Part shown: positions 8,661 to 17,168 of the stretch, piece after piece
Position numbering within the stretch: the stretch's first letter is position 1
Layout: each line of letters begins with the position of its first letter
Assembly: GCF_001017655.1 (NCBI RefSeq)
Contig: NZ_CP010904.1
Coordinates: forward strand, 2,310,001 to 2,342,000
Length of the DNA stretch: 32,000 nt
Direction: 5' to 3'
DNA from: Kiritimatiella glycovorans
Lineage (GTDB): Bacteria > Verrucomicrobiota > Kiritimatiellia > Kiritimatiellales > Kiritimatiellaceae
Translations under genes and position numbers: made by a program
Notes under the pieces: generated by a model
Database searches by the model: none
Told to the model about the DNA's origin: nothing
The model's input: the letters and a program-made list of their open reading frames with translations, nothing else

Positions 8661-9344
8661 GCGCGATTGCCAAGGCTCGTAACATTTGGGATTATCCCGG
8701 TTTTGCTGCGTCTCAAACCCAAAGCATGGAGAAGCTGATATGACAAAACAATCCGCTCCATCATCTCCATGTTCTGCGTTGGAGTCTCCGTGGACAGGTT
8801 GTACACGCCCAGATCGCTCTCGCAGTCGAGAGACAGCCAGCCTTGGGACGACTTTCCGGTTGTGTCGCGCTGCACGTACTGCTCCTGTTTCGGTTCGGGC
8901 CTTCGGCGGCGGCGATACGGCTTAGCCTATCTGTTGCCCCGGCTTTCGCCCTTGGGGTGCCTCACTAGCTTTGCCTGACGGCCCGCCTACTTTGCCTTCT
9001 GCTGACTCCTGCACGTCGGTCAGGCCGGATCTCTCCGACCTCAGTTCTTGCGAACAGCGTACAGGCCTCCCGGGGTAAGACACGTAACCTTCCGCACGTA
9101 GACGCCGGATTTATAAAGCAGGCCCTACTGGAGAATGGAGGACTTCCCTAGTCACGTGCCCGGTGGTCCCGAGCCTGCCACACCTCGTATCCGGTTCCTG
9201 TTCGTCGTCCCGTGCTTTCGCGTTGGGCTTCCTTCAGACCCCGTCTCGCGACGACGCCCTTGCCCTTTCGCTTCCCTTCGGCTTCTCCTTCACCTGGCGC
9301 GGGGACTCTCACCCCGCAAACTACGTGCCGTGCCCGGCACACAC
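8661..9344 (-). ncRNA. probable 5' fragment of a group II intron (ribozyme domains I-III plus first ~36 codons of the intron-encoded RT)
   Basis: The minus strand reads GTGTG at 9344 or 9342 (alternative GTGCG at 9097). Purine-rich, GNRA-loop-rich sequence follows (GGCGAAAGCC, CCGGAAAGTCG, GGCAAAGC). About 570 nt downstream an ORF starts MEMMERIVLSYQLLHALGLRRSKTG, resembling IEP N-termini (MERILSxxNLxxAxxRVxxNKGAxGVDG), then loses similarity near 8661. No domain V/VI or RT body was found. Confidence 0.45.
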
Positions 9345-9361
9345 GTCCACGCTCTCCCTCA

Positions 9362-9383
9362 CCTTGCCCGTCCGCGGGCAAGG
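9362..9383 (-). terminator. 9-bp GC hairpin downstream of the WYL regulator gene (no U-tract)
   Basis: CCTTGCCCG tccg CGGGCAAGG, 36 nt after the stop at 9419 on the minus strand. Confidence 0.35.
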
Positions 9384-9418
9384 TGTAGGTGAGTAGCGTG
9401 TTGTTGGGCCATTCTGTC

Positions 9419-10411
9419 TCATTGCTGTGTCCGGAGTCCATCCTGTAATTTCTCCGTGATCCGGTCCCGCAGGCTCTTCGGGGCGAGCACTTTCACGTCG
9501 GGCATCCAGGACAGGACCCAGCGTACCAGTTCCTTGCGTCCTGTCGTCTCCAGCCGCATCTCGACACGGCCGTCCCGGCGCGTTCGGAACTCCTGGGTGG
9601 GGTGCCACTGCCGTTCGGTGATGTACACGGCCAGTTTCGGCTCGAAAAGCAGCCGGACCTTGATCGGCTTCTCGCCGCCCACGATGCCGAACGCCTGCCG
9701 GGCGTATGTCTCGGGGCTGAACTCGGCCGCTCGCGTGTAACCCTGTCCCGTCGCCGCGATCCGCCGGAACCGCGACAGGGCGAACGTCGCCACACGCCCC
9801 TTCTCCGCGTTCCACGCCATCAGGTACCAGTTCCCATGGTAGGCGAGCAGGTGGTAGGGGTGCAGTTCGTACTCGGATACGCGCCCGTCGAAGGTCTGGT
9901 ACGTCGCCCGGACCGCCTCGCAGCGTTCCACGCATCCAGCCAACTTCGCCCATACATCGGGATCGATCCGCACCCGGTCCTCGGGCAGGACGCCGACGTG
10001 CTCACTGAGCCAGTCGGGTTCGATGGTCACATCGCCCTCCAGCGACTCGGCAATTTTATCCAGCACCGAGCGCATGTCCAGGTGGAGTGGTGTGTCCTCG
10101 TAATGGGCCAGGAGCTTGCGGGCAAGCGCGAAGCTGAACGCCTCCCGGCGGCTGATCCGCACCGGTGGCAACATGTAGGTTTCGTCCGTGAGCCGGAAAC
10201 CATGCCGGGCCTCGTCGTAGGCCAGCGGGGCGTTCTCCTCGTCGCGCAGGAAGTCCAGATCCCGCGCCACGGTCCGGCGCGACACCTCGAACTCCTTCAT
10301 GAAGTCGCTGCTGTTCGGCAGATAGCCGGTCTCTGCGCCCTCGCGCACCATCTGGACCATGCGCCGGATGCGGTAATACTGGGGTCTGGAGCCTGCCTTC
10401 ATTTTTCTCAA
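9419..10411 (-). CDS. HTH-WYL-WCX family transcriptional regulator (YafY/BrxR/CapW-like architecture)
   Basis: 330 aa. N-terminal wHTH (FEVSRRTVARDLDFLRDE), central WYL motif (HPYHLLAYHGNWYLMAWNAEKGRVATFALSRF), C-terminal extension. Divergent from the transposase with a 56-bp spacer. Confidence 0.85.
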   Translation of the reverse strand: MRKMKAGSRPQYYRIRRMVQMVREGAETGYLPNSSDFMKEFEVSRRTVARDLDFLRDEENAPLAYDEARHGFRLTDETYMLPPVRISRREAFSFALARKLLAHYEDTPLHLDMRSVLDKIAESLEGDVTIEPDWLSEHVGVLPEDRVRIDPDVWAKLAGCVERCEAVRATYQTFDGRVSEYELHPYHLLAYHGNWYLMAWNAEKGRVATFALSRFRRIAATGQGYTRAAEFSPETYARQAFGIVGGEKPIKVRLLFEPKLAVYITERQWHPTQEFRTRRDGRVEMRLETTGRKELVRWVLSWMPDVKVLAPKSLRDRITEKLQDGLRTQQ

Positions 10412-10467
10412 ACTTTCTTCAGGGGTATGCCGTTAGATGACACACCCTCTTTTATACATTGGGCGGC

Positions 10468-11874
10468 ATGGTGGATCAAGTCTATCGTCCGCGCCGGCCC
10501 AAGGCATCGCCCCTGTGGCAATGCCTTTCCGGGCATTTCGACGCGTTTCTGGAGCTATACGAGGAACAATACCAGCCCCGGTACGGCTTCCTGCGCCCCA
10601 TCATCCCGGAGGTCGTCAACAAGTTCCTCGACTGCGGCGACCTGGAGCGCGGCTTCGCCCGCGTGCGCTGCGACGACTGCAAGCATGAATACCTGCTCGC
10701 CTTTTCATGCAAGGGGCGCTGGTTCTGCCCGTCGTGCCACCTGCCTGCGCCGAAGCGGCTTCGGCAGGCAGGCCAGAAGAAAGTCCAGCTCTTTGGCGCG
10801 CTCCTGTCCGAGGCGGTCCTCTTTCCCGTCCCGCACCGGCATTTCACCTTCGGCATCCCGAAGATGCTGCGCCCCTATTTCCGTCACAACCGCGACCTGC
10901 TCAAGGACCTGTGCCGTCTGGCGCACGAGTGCCTGCTCGAATACCTGCGCACCACGCTCAATCTAACCGAGGGCCTGCCCGGCATCGTCATGGCGATCCA
11001 CACCTTCGGCGAATACCTGGACTTCCACCCGCACCTGCACGCACTCGTTGCCGACGGCCTGTTCGTGCGCTCGGGCCTGTTCTATGTCCTGCCCGATGTC
11101 AGCCTCAAGCCGCTGGAGGAATTGTTCCGGGCTCGGGTCATCACGTTTCTGGTGGACAAGGGGCTTCTGCCGCCCGAGCGGGCGAACATGCTGCGCGGCT
11201 GGGTCCATTCCGGCTTCAACGTGCACCGCAGCCGACGCGTGCTGCCCGACGAGCGTGAGGATCTGGAGCGCCTCGCCCAGTACATCATCCGCAACCCTTT
11301 CGCCGTCGAAAAGATGCAGGTTGGCGCCCCGAACCGGGCCAACCCCGACGGGTCCGTGATCTACCGCTCGGCCCTCAACCCGAAGATACAGCGCAACTTC
11401 GAGGTCTTCAGCCCGTGCGACTTCATAGCGGCCATCACACAACACATCCCGGACAAGAGCTTCCAACTCGTCCGCTACTACGGCTGGTACAGCAACAAGA
11501 TGCGCGGCCAGCGCGACAAGCGCGCCGCCGAAGCGGCAAAGGCGCCAGGCCAGGCCGTGCAGATCATCGATGTATCCGACCACAAGCCGCGACGCATCCC
11601 GTCACCGAAATGGCGCGAACTCATCAAGAAAGTCTGGGAAGCCGATCCGCTGCTGTGTCCGAAATGCCAGAAAGAGATGCGTATCGTTTCTCTGATCGAC
11701 GACCGGGCGGTGATCGAGCGCATCCTCCGCCACCTGGGCCTCTGGGAACAGGGTGTGCGCGTCCTACCGGCGAGGGCGCCGCCTGAAGTTGCCGACCGGG
11801 TCATCGAGCCCTGTTTCGATGACCCATTCCCGGATTACGACACCGAACCGGTGATGATGTACGCGAACGGCTGA
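10468..11874 (+). CDS. IS91-family HUH/Y2 rolling-circle transposase (intact)
   Basis: 468 aa from the ATG at 10468. Zn-binding N-terminus (CDDCKHEYLLAFSCKGRWFCPSCH), HUH (HPHLH), tyrosine motif (LVRYYGWYSN), C-terminal CPKCQKEMRIV. Confidence 0.9.
   Translation: MVDQVYRPRRPKASPLWQCLSGHFDAFLELYEEQYQPRYGFLRPIIPEVVNKFLDCGDLERGFARVRCDDCKHEYLLAFSCKGRWFCPSCHLPAPKRLRQAGQKKVQLFGALLSEAVLFPVPHRHFTFGIPKMLRPYFRHNRDLLKDLCRLAHECLLEYLRTTLNLTEGLPGIVMAIHTFGEYLDFHPHLHALVADGLFVRSGLFYVLPDVSLKPLEELFRARVITFLVDKGLLPPERANMLRGWVHSGFNVHRSRRVLPDEREDLERLAQYIIRNPFAVEKMQVGAPNRANPDGSVIYRSALNPKIQRNFEVFSPCDFIAAITQHIPDKSFQLVRYYGWYSNKMRGQRDKRAAEAAKAPGQAVQIIDVSDHKPRRIPSPKWRELIKKVWEADPLLCPKCQKEMRIVSLIDDRAVIERILRHLGLWEQGVRVLPARAPPEVADRVIEPCFDDPFPDYDTEPVMMYANG
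10741..10773 (+). repeat. 33-nt in-frame palindromic mini-insert in transposase copy 2
   Basis: Identical to 1187..1219. Confidence 0.8.
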
Positions 11875-12113
11875 GTCATCGCGACAGGTGCGGTGCGTCC
11901 CCGAACACCGCCGTATGCGTTTCATCGGGCCGTTTTGCCGTCACGAGGCTGTTCCATCCACGGCTTGATCGCGTTCGCAGCCCGTTTTTGCACCGACTGC
12001 ACCGACTTGACCGATCCTGCCTCGGTTTGCTAACTTTCCCGACATGAAAACGCTCCTTCAGACCGGTTCCAGCGGGCGGGTGTCCGTGCCGCCTGAAAAG
12101 CGATTTCTTATCA

Positions 12114-12599
12114 ATTCAAACTATGGGCCGCCGTTCGCTATTCTCCTACATGGCAACCATTATTGGCGGGGCATTGATTTTCGGGGTTTTAATTGATTAT
12201 TTATTGCCGGCATCCTGGTTTACAGGTGCGTTACAACAGTTTCATGATCATGAGCATGATGTGTTGCCCTATTGGCTAAAAGTAGCCTCGGCAATATTGC
12301 TGACAGGAGCCATTGTTAATATTTATATACAGAAATATTGGAAAAAGCTAAGACCCCAAAAGAAATTTTCAAATGTAAAACCGGTATACATGAATCAGCA
12401 CAAAGTAGAGGTAAAAGGCATGACTTGCAGTCATTGCAAAACAAATGTTGAGGATAGCATGGGTAAAATTGAAGGCATAAAGGATATTCGCGCAGACATT
12501 GATCTGAACGAAGTTACCTTTTCCGGTGAGCAGGTGGATTACGAAAAAGTAAAACAAGCCGTTGAAGAAATAGGATACCAATACGGGGGTAAAAAGTAA
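12114..12599 (+). pseudogene. C-terminal fragment of a metal-transport permease with heavy-metal-associated (HMA) domain, 5'-truncated at the IS91 end
   Basis: The frame is open back to the junction at 12113/12114. Two TM-like segments, then an HMA fold with GMTCSHC. Confidence 0.7.
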
Positions 12600-12687
12600 T
12601 TTTCACTGTTCAAAAACACTTTGCCATCAAACAATTTTGCGTTAATTTGCATTGAATAATTAAATAACACATACAAAACATTTTATC

Positions 12688-13434
12688 ATGTACAAATTGG
12701 TATTGTTACGTCATGGCGAAAGCCAGTGGAATAAAGAAAATCGGTTTACCGGCTGGACAGATGTTGATTTGACCGAAAAAGGCCAGCAGGAAGCCCGTGA
12801 AGGCGGTAAAGCACTAAAAGAAGCAGGATTTGAATTTGATATCGCATTCGTGTCCGTATTAAAAAGAGCATTACGCACGTTATGGCTTTGTTTGGAAGAG
12901 ATGGATCAGCTTTGGATACCCTGGGAAAAGTCATGGCGTTTAAATGAGCGTCATTACGGCGGATTACAAGGCCTGAACAAATCTGAAACCGCAGCACAAC
13001 ATGGCGAAGAGCAGGTGTTAATCTGGCGTCGGAGCTATGATGTACCGCCACCACCATTGGAAAAAACCGATGAGCGATATCCGGGTAAATTGCGGGTTTA
13101 TCAAGATATTCCTGAGAGTGAATTACCACTTACAGAAAGTTTAAAAGATACGGTAGCCCGCTTCCTGCCTATGTGGCATGATACCATAGCTCCTACTATT
13201 AAAACAGGGAAAAATGTAATAATTGCAGCACATGGTAACTCTTTACGTGCATTGGTAAAATACCTGGAGGATATGAGCGAGGAAGAGATACTAAAACTAA
13301 ATATTCCCACGGGTATGCCGTTGGTTTATGAGTTGGATGAAAATTTGAAACCTACTAATAAATACTATTTAGGAGATGAAGACAAGGTGAAGGCTGCAAT
13401 GGATGCAGTGGCTAATCAGGGAAAATCGAAATAA
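12688..13434 (+). CDS. gpmA: 2,3-bisphosphoglycerate-dependent phosphoglycerate mutase
   Basis: [32 protein letters not shown]..., full-length dPGM signature. Confidence 0.95.
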   Translation: MYKLVLLRHGESQWNKENRFTGWTDVDLTEKGQQEAREGGKALKEAGFEFDIAFVSVLKRALRTLWLCLEEMDQLWIPWEKSWRLNERHYGGLQGLNKSETAAQHGEEQVLIWRRSYDVPPPPLEKTDERYPGKLRVYQDIPESELPLTESLKDTVARFLPMWHDTIAPTIKTGKNVIIAAHGNSLRALVKYLEDMSEEEILKLNIPTGMPLVYELDENLKPTNKYYLGDEDKVKAAMDAVANQGKSK

Positions 13435-13458
13435 CAGACATTTTATATATTCAATATG

Positions 13459-13487
13459 AGCCGAATAGCAATATTCGGCTTATTTTG
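13459..13487 (+). terminator. rho-independent terminator after gpmA
   Basis: AGCCGAATA gcaa TATTCGGCT followed by TATTTTGT. Confidence 0.8.
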
Positions 13488-13607
13488 TATCAATAAATAA
13501 ATGATGCGAATTAAAGTATCGTTGACACATCAAACGTTTAAGCCATTCGTTATTACCAGTTATTATTATAAGTGATAAATCACATTTACCTGGTCAATAG
13601 TCATTTT

Positions 13608-13850
13608 TTATTCCATAACCATATCATCCTGTTGCCTGTCTTTATCCATTTTCCGCTTTTTTCTGTTCCCAACCCATGAAAACATAATACCCAGTATTAC
13701 GCCCAGCAGTAGCGATAGCATGATAATAATGGCCAGGGAACCTTCCGATTTCCAGAACCATAATGTAATAGGTACGGTAACTGAATTTTGAAGCGCAAAG
13801 GTGACAGCAATAATGGCAATGATGACCGATCCGATGAGGTATTTTTGCAT
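13608..13850 (-). CDS. small two-TM membrane protein (LapA/DUF1049-like)
   Basis: 80 aa, two hydrophobic helices, basic C-terminal tail. 1-nt gap from apt. Confidence 0.55.
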   Translation of the reverse strand: MQKYLIGSVIIAIIAVTFALQNSVTVPITLWFWKSEGSLAIIIMLSLLLGVILGIMFSWVGNRKKRKMDKDRQQDDMVME

Positions 13851-13851
13851 A

Positions 13852-14388
13852 TTAAAAATGAATTAAGGTGTGAATATCGTAATTCTTGTTTAGTTTATCA
13901 CGTCCTTTCAAAAAATCGAGCTCAATTATAAAATTCATGTATAATTCAGCTATCCGGAAGTCCAATGCCAGATTCTGAGCTGCTTCAGCTGTTCCACCCG
14001 TTGCCAGTAAGTCATCATGCATTAAAACCACATCATCTTTGGTGAGTGCATCGGTATGTATTTCAAGAGAATCTTCTCCATATTCCAACGTAAAACTTTT
14101 TGAGATGGTCTCGGCGGGTAGTTTTCCCGGCTTACGAATGGGCACAATGCCGGCATTTAATTTATATGCCACGATACTGCCAATAAAAAACCCGCGTGAT
14201 TCGATGCAGCATACCTTAGTAATGCCCAGGTTTTGGTATTTTTTCACCAACAAATTGATAAGTGTTTGCAAATACACCGGATTTTGCAGCAGTGTGGTTA
14301 TATCCTTAAACTGAATACCCGGCTTTGGGAAATCGGGGATATTCCGGATGGAGGCTTTTAATTCTTCAATAATTTTCGATTCGCTCAT
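13852..14388 (-). CDS. apt: adenine phosphoribosyltransferase
   Basis: IPDFPKPGIQFKDIT..., PRPP motif VVLMHDDLLATGGTAEAA. Collinear with E. coli Apt. Confidence 0.93.
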   Translation of the reverse strand: MSESKIIEELKASIRNIPDFPKPGIQFKDITTLLQNPVYLQTLINLLVKKYQNLGITKVCCIESRGFFIGSIVAYKLNAGIVPIRKPGKLPAETISKSFTLEYGEDSLEIHTDALTKDDVVLMHDDLLATGGTAEAAQNLALDFRIAELYMNFIIELDFLKGRDKLNKNYDIHTLIHF

Positions 14389-14389
14389 A

Positions 14390-15025
14390 TTACTGTAATG
14401 TCAGTTTTTCAATTATGTCTTTTTGATCGGGGTATTTCTTCAGGAGCATCTGACGTTCTATCAGCTCAAAGTCATCGAAATGGAAACCTGGTGCAACCAT
14501 GCATCCCATAAGGCAGAAGCCGTCAGGCTTTATCAGTTCAGCACCGAAAATGGATTGAGCCGGAATAATGACTTGCGGGTCGCCATGGCTGTTTAACGGT
14601 GAATTTAATAGTTTCTGCTTATATACGCCGAATTTATCAAACAGATGAACCCGCACCGGGTCGCCTGCATGAAAATACCATATTTCATCGGAAGTAAGCC
14701 GGTGAAAGGATGAAATCTGCCCGTCATGCAACAAAAAATAGATACTTGTTGCCAACTGTCTTTCGTCATTTATATCCTCCAGGCAACTGTGATCGATAGA
14801 ATGATTGGAACGATAAATTTCTTTAAAATAACCCCCTTCCGGGTGTTTTTCCATCTTGTATTGTTCAATGATGTTGCTTGCTTGTTGATTCACTGTAGCT
14901 GATTTTGATGTATAGATAAAACGGCTGATCGGTAAATTATGTTTAACGATTCTAAAATAGAATTTATATTGATTCTTTGTATATAAAATGTTAATTTTAG
15001 AAGAATACAATCCATTTATCATCAA
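14390..15025 (-). CDS. cupin-fold protein (DUF985-like); true start probably downstream of 15025
   Basis: IIEQYKMEKHPEGGYFKEIYRS... matches the DUF985 N-terminus. The first ~45 codons look like an artefactual extension, because the divergent gene starts only 12 nt away. Confidence 0.7.
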   Translation of the reverse strand: MMINGLYSSKINILYTKNQYKFYFRIVKHNLPISRFIYTSKSATVNQQASNIIEQYKMEKHPEGGYFKEIYRSNHSIDHSCLEDINDERQLATSIYFLLHDGQISSFHRLTSDEIWYFHAGDPVRVHLFDKFGVYKQKLLNSPLNSHGDPQVIIPAQSIFGAELIKPDGFCLMGCMVAPGFHFDDFELIERQMLLKKYPDQKDIIEKLTLQ

Positions 15026-15037
15026 ACAAACAGGGCC

Positions 15038-15730
15038 ATGAAAGTCGACCTTATCAAGTATATGTCAGACCGGATGCAACAGGAACGCAAAAAAGTTCAG
15101 CAGCCCGGACCGGTTGTAACGATCTCGCGATTAAACGGTTGTCCTGCCAAGAAAGTAGCGGCCAGGCTTTCTGAAATGCTCAATTGCAAAGCTGAAGCTA
15201 ACAACCTTAGTCATTCATGGAAATGGATCAGTAAGGAGATCATGGCTGAATCGGCCAAAGAACTTCAAATGGACCCGGATCAAATTAAATATGTGTTCGA
15301 CTATGAAAAAAAGTCGCTTATCGATGAAATATTAAATGCGCAATCCATTAAATATTATAAAAGTGACCGGAGCATCCGATCCGCCATTGGTAAAGTAATA
15401 CACAACATAGCTTATGAGGGGCATGTGGTAATTGTGGGGCGGGGAGGAGTTGCCATTACCAAACATTTTCCAAAATCGCTGCATGTTAATCTGGAGGCGC
15501 CGCTTGAATGGCGGGCATTACGGATAAGTGAAAAAATGAATTATTCCATTGATAAAGCCAGGGAATATGCTACGGATACCGATCATAAAAGAAAACAATT
15601 TCGGGAATATTTCGGCGGTAAAGGGACCGACTACAATTGGTTTGATATTACTTTCAATGCCATGACCCTTTCTATTGAAGAAATTGCAACGACCATTGTC
15701 AAAGTTTTGGAGTTGCGAAAAATGATATAA
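15038..15730 (+). CDS. cytidylate-kinase-like family protein
   Basis: 230 aa. VTISRLNGCPAKKVAARLSE ... VVIVGRGG pattern typical of the Cytidylate_kin2-like family. Confidence 0.55.
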   Translation: MKVDLIKYMSDRMQQERKKVQQPGPVVTISRLNGCPAKKVAARLSEMLNCKAEANNLSHSWKWISKEIMAESAKELQMDPDQIKYVFDYEKKSLIDEILNAQSIKYYKSDRSIRSAIGKVIHNIAYEGHVVIVGRGGVAITKHFPKSLHVNLEAPLEWRALRISEKMNYSIDKAREYATDTDHKRKQFREYFGGKGTDYNWFDITFNAMTLSIEEIATTIVKVLELRKMI

Positions 15731-15739
15731 TGCTTATCA

Positions 15740-16408
15740 CTACGATTGGTTTTCTTTTATCCCCCGATTTAAATAGGCAATAAATGGGTGCATGGCCTCA
15801 AAAATATCCAGCGTTTTTTCAAATCCATCGGGCTTCATTAATTCTTCTGAGGTAGTTGTTAAGGCTACTGTATAACTCTTGTATCTTAATAAATCAATGT
15901 ACTCAAAATCCTTATCGAATCCTTTTGGGGCTGTTTTAAGTTTATCACCATATATTTCTCCAAAATATTTTTTGAAATTGGGATCGTTTATGATTTTCAG
16001 GAATTCATCGGTGTAGTTATAAATTTCGGACCTTACTGCTTTAAGTGTTGGTGAAGGAGGCATGTGTAGCCCGCCACCAATAAAGCAGTTGCCAGGTTCA
16101 ACATGCAGGTAATACCCGGCAAGGCCTGATTTTTTTCCGCCTTCAACAATAAATGCACCCAGGTTGGTTTTATAAGGCGATTTATCGGTTGAGAAACGTA
16201 TATCCCGATTGATCCGGAAAGTACAATCTTTGGCAGTATTGTCTTTCACACTGGCATCGAAAGAGGCAATACCGGCTATTAAATCGTTGGTAATAGCAGC
16301 CATTTCTTTTTTAATGGCTTCATAACGCTTTTTATTGGCATGGAACCATTCCTTGTAGTTTTTTTCTTTGAGCGCTGTCAGGAATTGAAAGGTTTCTTTC
16401 GTAAACAT
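15740..16408 (-). CDS. DUF2461 (TIGR02453) family protein
   Basis: FQFLTALKEKNYKEWFHANKKRYE ... RINRDIRFSTDKSPYKTNLGA. Confidence 0.75.
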   Translation of the reverse strand: MFTKETFQFLTALKEKNYKEWFHANKKRYEAIKKEMAAITNDLIAGIASFDASVKDNTAKDCTFRINRDIRFSTDKSPYKTNLGAFIVEGGKKSGLAGYYLHVEPGNCFIGGGLHMPPSPTLKAVRSEIYNYTDEFLKIINDPNFKKYFGEIYGDKLKTAPKGFDKDFEYIDLLRYKSYTVALTTTSEELMKPDGFEKTLDIFEAMHPFIAYLNRGIKENQS

Positions 16409-16496
16409 GATGGTTATTATTAATCATTTGGTTTATCCGGCATGACGTAAAATTTGTTATTTTTCGGACAAGTTACCACAATTTTATTTCTAACAA

Positions 16497-17168
16497 ATGG
16501 GTAAAGCAGTAATTATTGTAGCAGGAGGAACGGGTAGCAGAATGAATAATTCCACGCCCAAACAATTTCTTTACCTGGCCGGAAAACCTGTAATTGTGCA
16601 TACCATTAACCGGTTTTTACGATTTGATCCGGCCATTACCGTAATAATTGTAATTCCTGAGGCCCAAATTAAACGATGGGATCAAATCAAAGAGGAGTTT
16701 CTGTCAACTACTGAGCTGGTAACCACAACGGGGGGCAATAATCGCTTCGAATCTGTTAAAAAGGGTTTGGCATGTTTAACCGACGAAGATGTGGTGGCTA
16801 TCCACGATGGTGTTCGTCCGATGGTGACTATGCAAACCATACGTTTCTGTTTTGAGAAAGCGCGGGAACGGGGTGGTGCCATTCCGGTTTTAGCTGTACA
16901 TGAAACATTGCGCCATCAAACTGATGGGAAAAGCATAACAGTGAACAGAAACGAATACTACACCGTGCAAACACCACAGGTATTTATCACCTCAATGATT
17001 AAAGCGGCTTATGAACAGGAATATTCTGAAGATTTTACCGATGATGCCGTTGTTTTTGAATCGGCCGGAAACAGGGTAACTTTAACAGAAGGTAATCGGG
17101 AAAATATTAAAATAACAACGCCAACGGATTTGATATTGGCGGAAGCATTGCTAAAGCATATTTTTTAA
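16497..17168 (+). CDS. ispD: 2-C-methyl-D-erythritol 4-phosphate cytidylyltransferase
   Basis: AVIIVAGGTGSRMNNSTPKQFL..., HDGVRP, YTVQTPQVF motifs. Confidence 0.9.
   Translation: MGKAVIIVAGGTGSRMNNSTPKQFLYLAGKPVIVHTINRFLRFDPAITVIIVIPEAQIKRWDQIKEEFLSTTELVTTTGGNNRFESVKKGLACLTDEDVVAIHDGVRPMVTMQTIRFCFEKARERGGAIPVLAVHETLRHQTDGKSITVNRNEYYTVQTPQVFITSMIKAAYEQEYSEDFTDDAVVFESAGNRVTLTEGNRENIKITTPTDLILAEALLKHIF

Larger units (their letters stand above)
9419..12113 (+). mobile_element. IS91-family element copy 2 with intact WYL partner gene (minimal extent; true left end undetermined)
   Basis: Intact regulator plus intact transposase. The right end is defined by the shared terminus at 12095..12113, after which the sequence switches to AT-rich DNA. 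Confidence 0.8.

Noticed and set aside
8830-8870. CCGGAAAGTCG on the minus strand resembling the RNase P RNA P4 motif GAGGAAAGTCC
   Set aside because: The match is too short, the partner P4 strand and other universally conserved RNase P elements were not found, and the context fits a group II intron better.
9170-9196. GAGCC...GGTTC on the plus strand resembling the base of a group II intron domain V
   Set aside because: It is only 27 nt (domain V is about 34 nt), has no internal helix or GNRA loop, and lies on the opposite strand to the putative intron.
9602-10966. 454-aa plus-strand ORF (and its partial twins 16..549 and 528..1412)
   Set aside because: It is antisense to the WYL regulator and then out of frame over the transposase start. 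Both of those genes have clear family signatures, so this is a GC-rich shadow frame.
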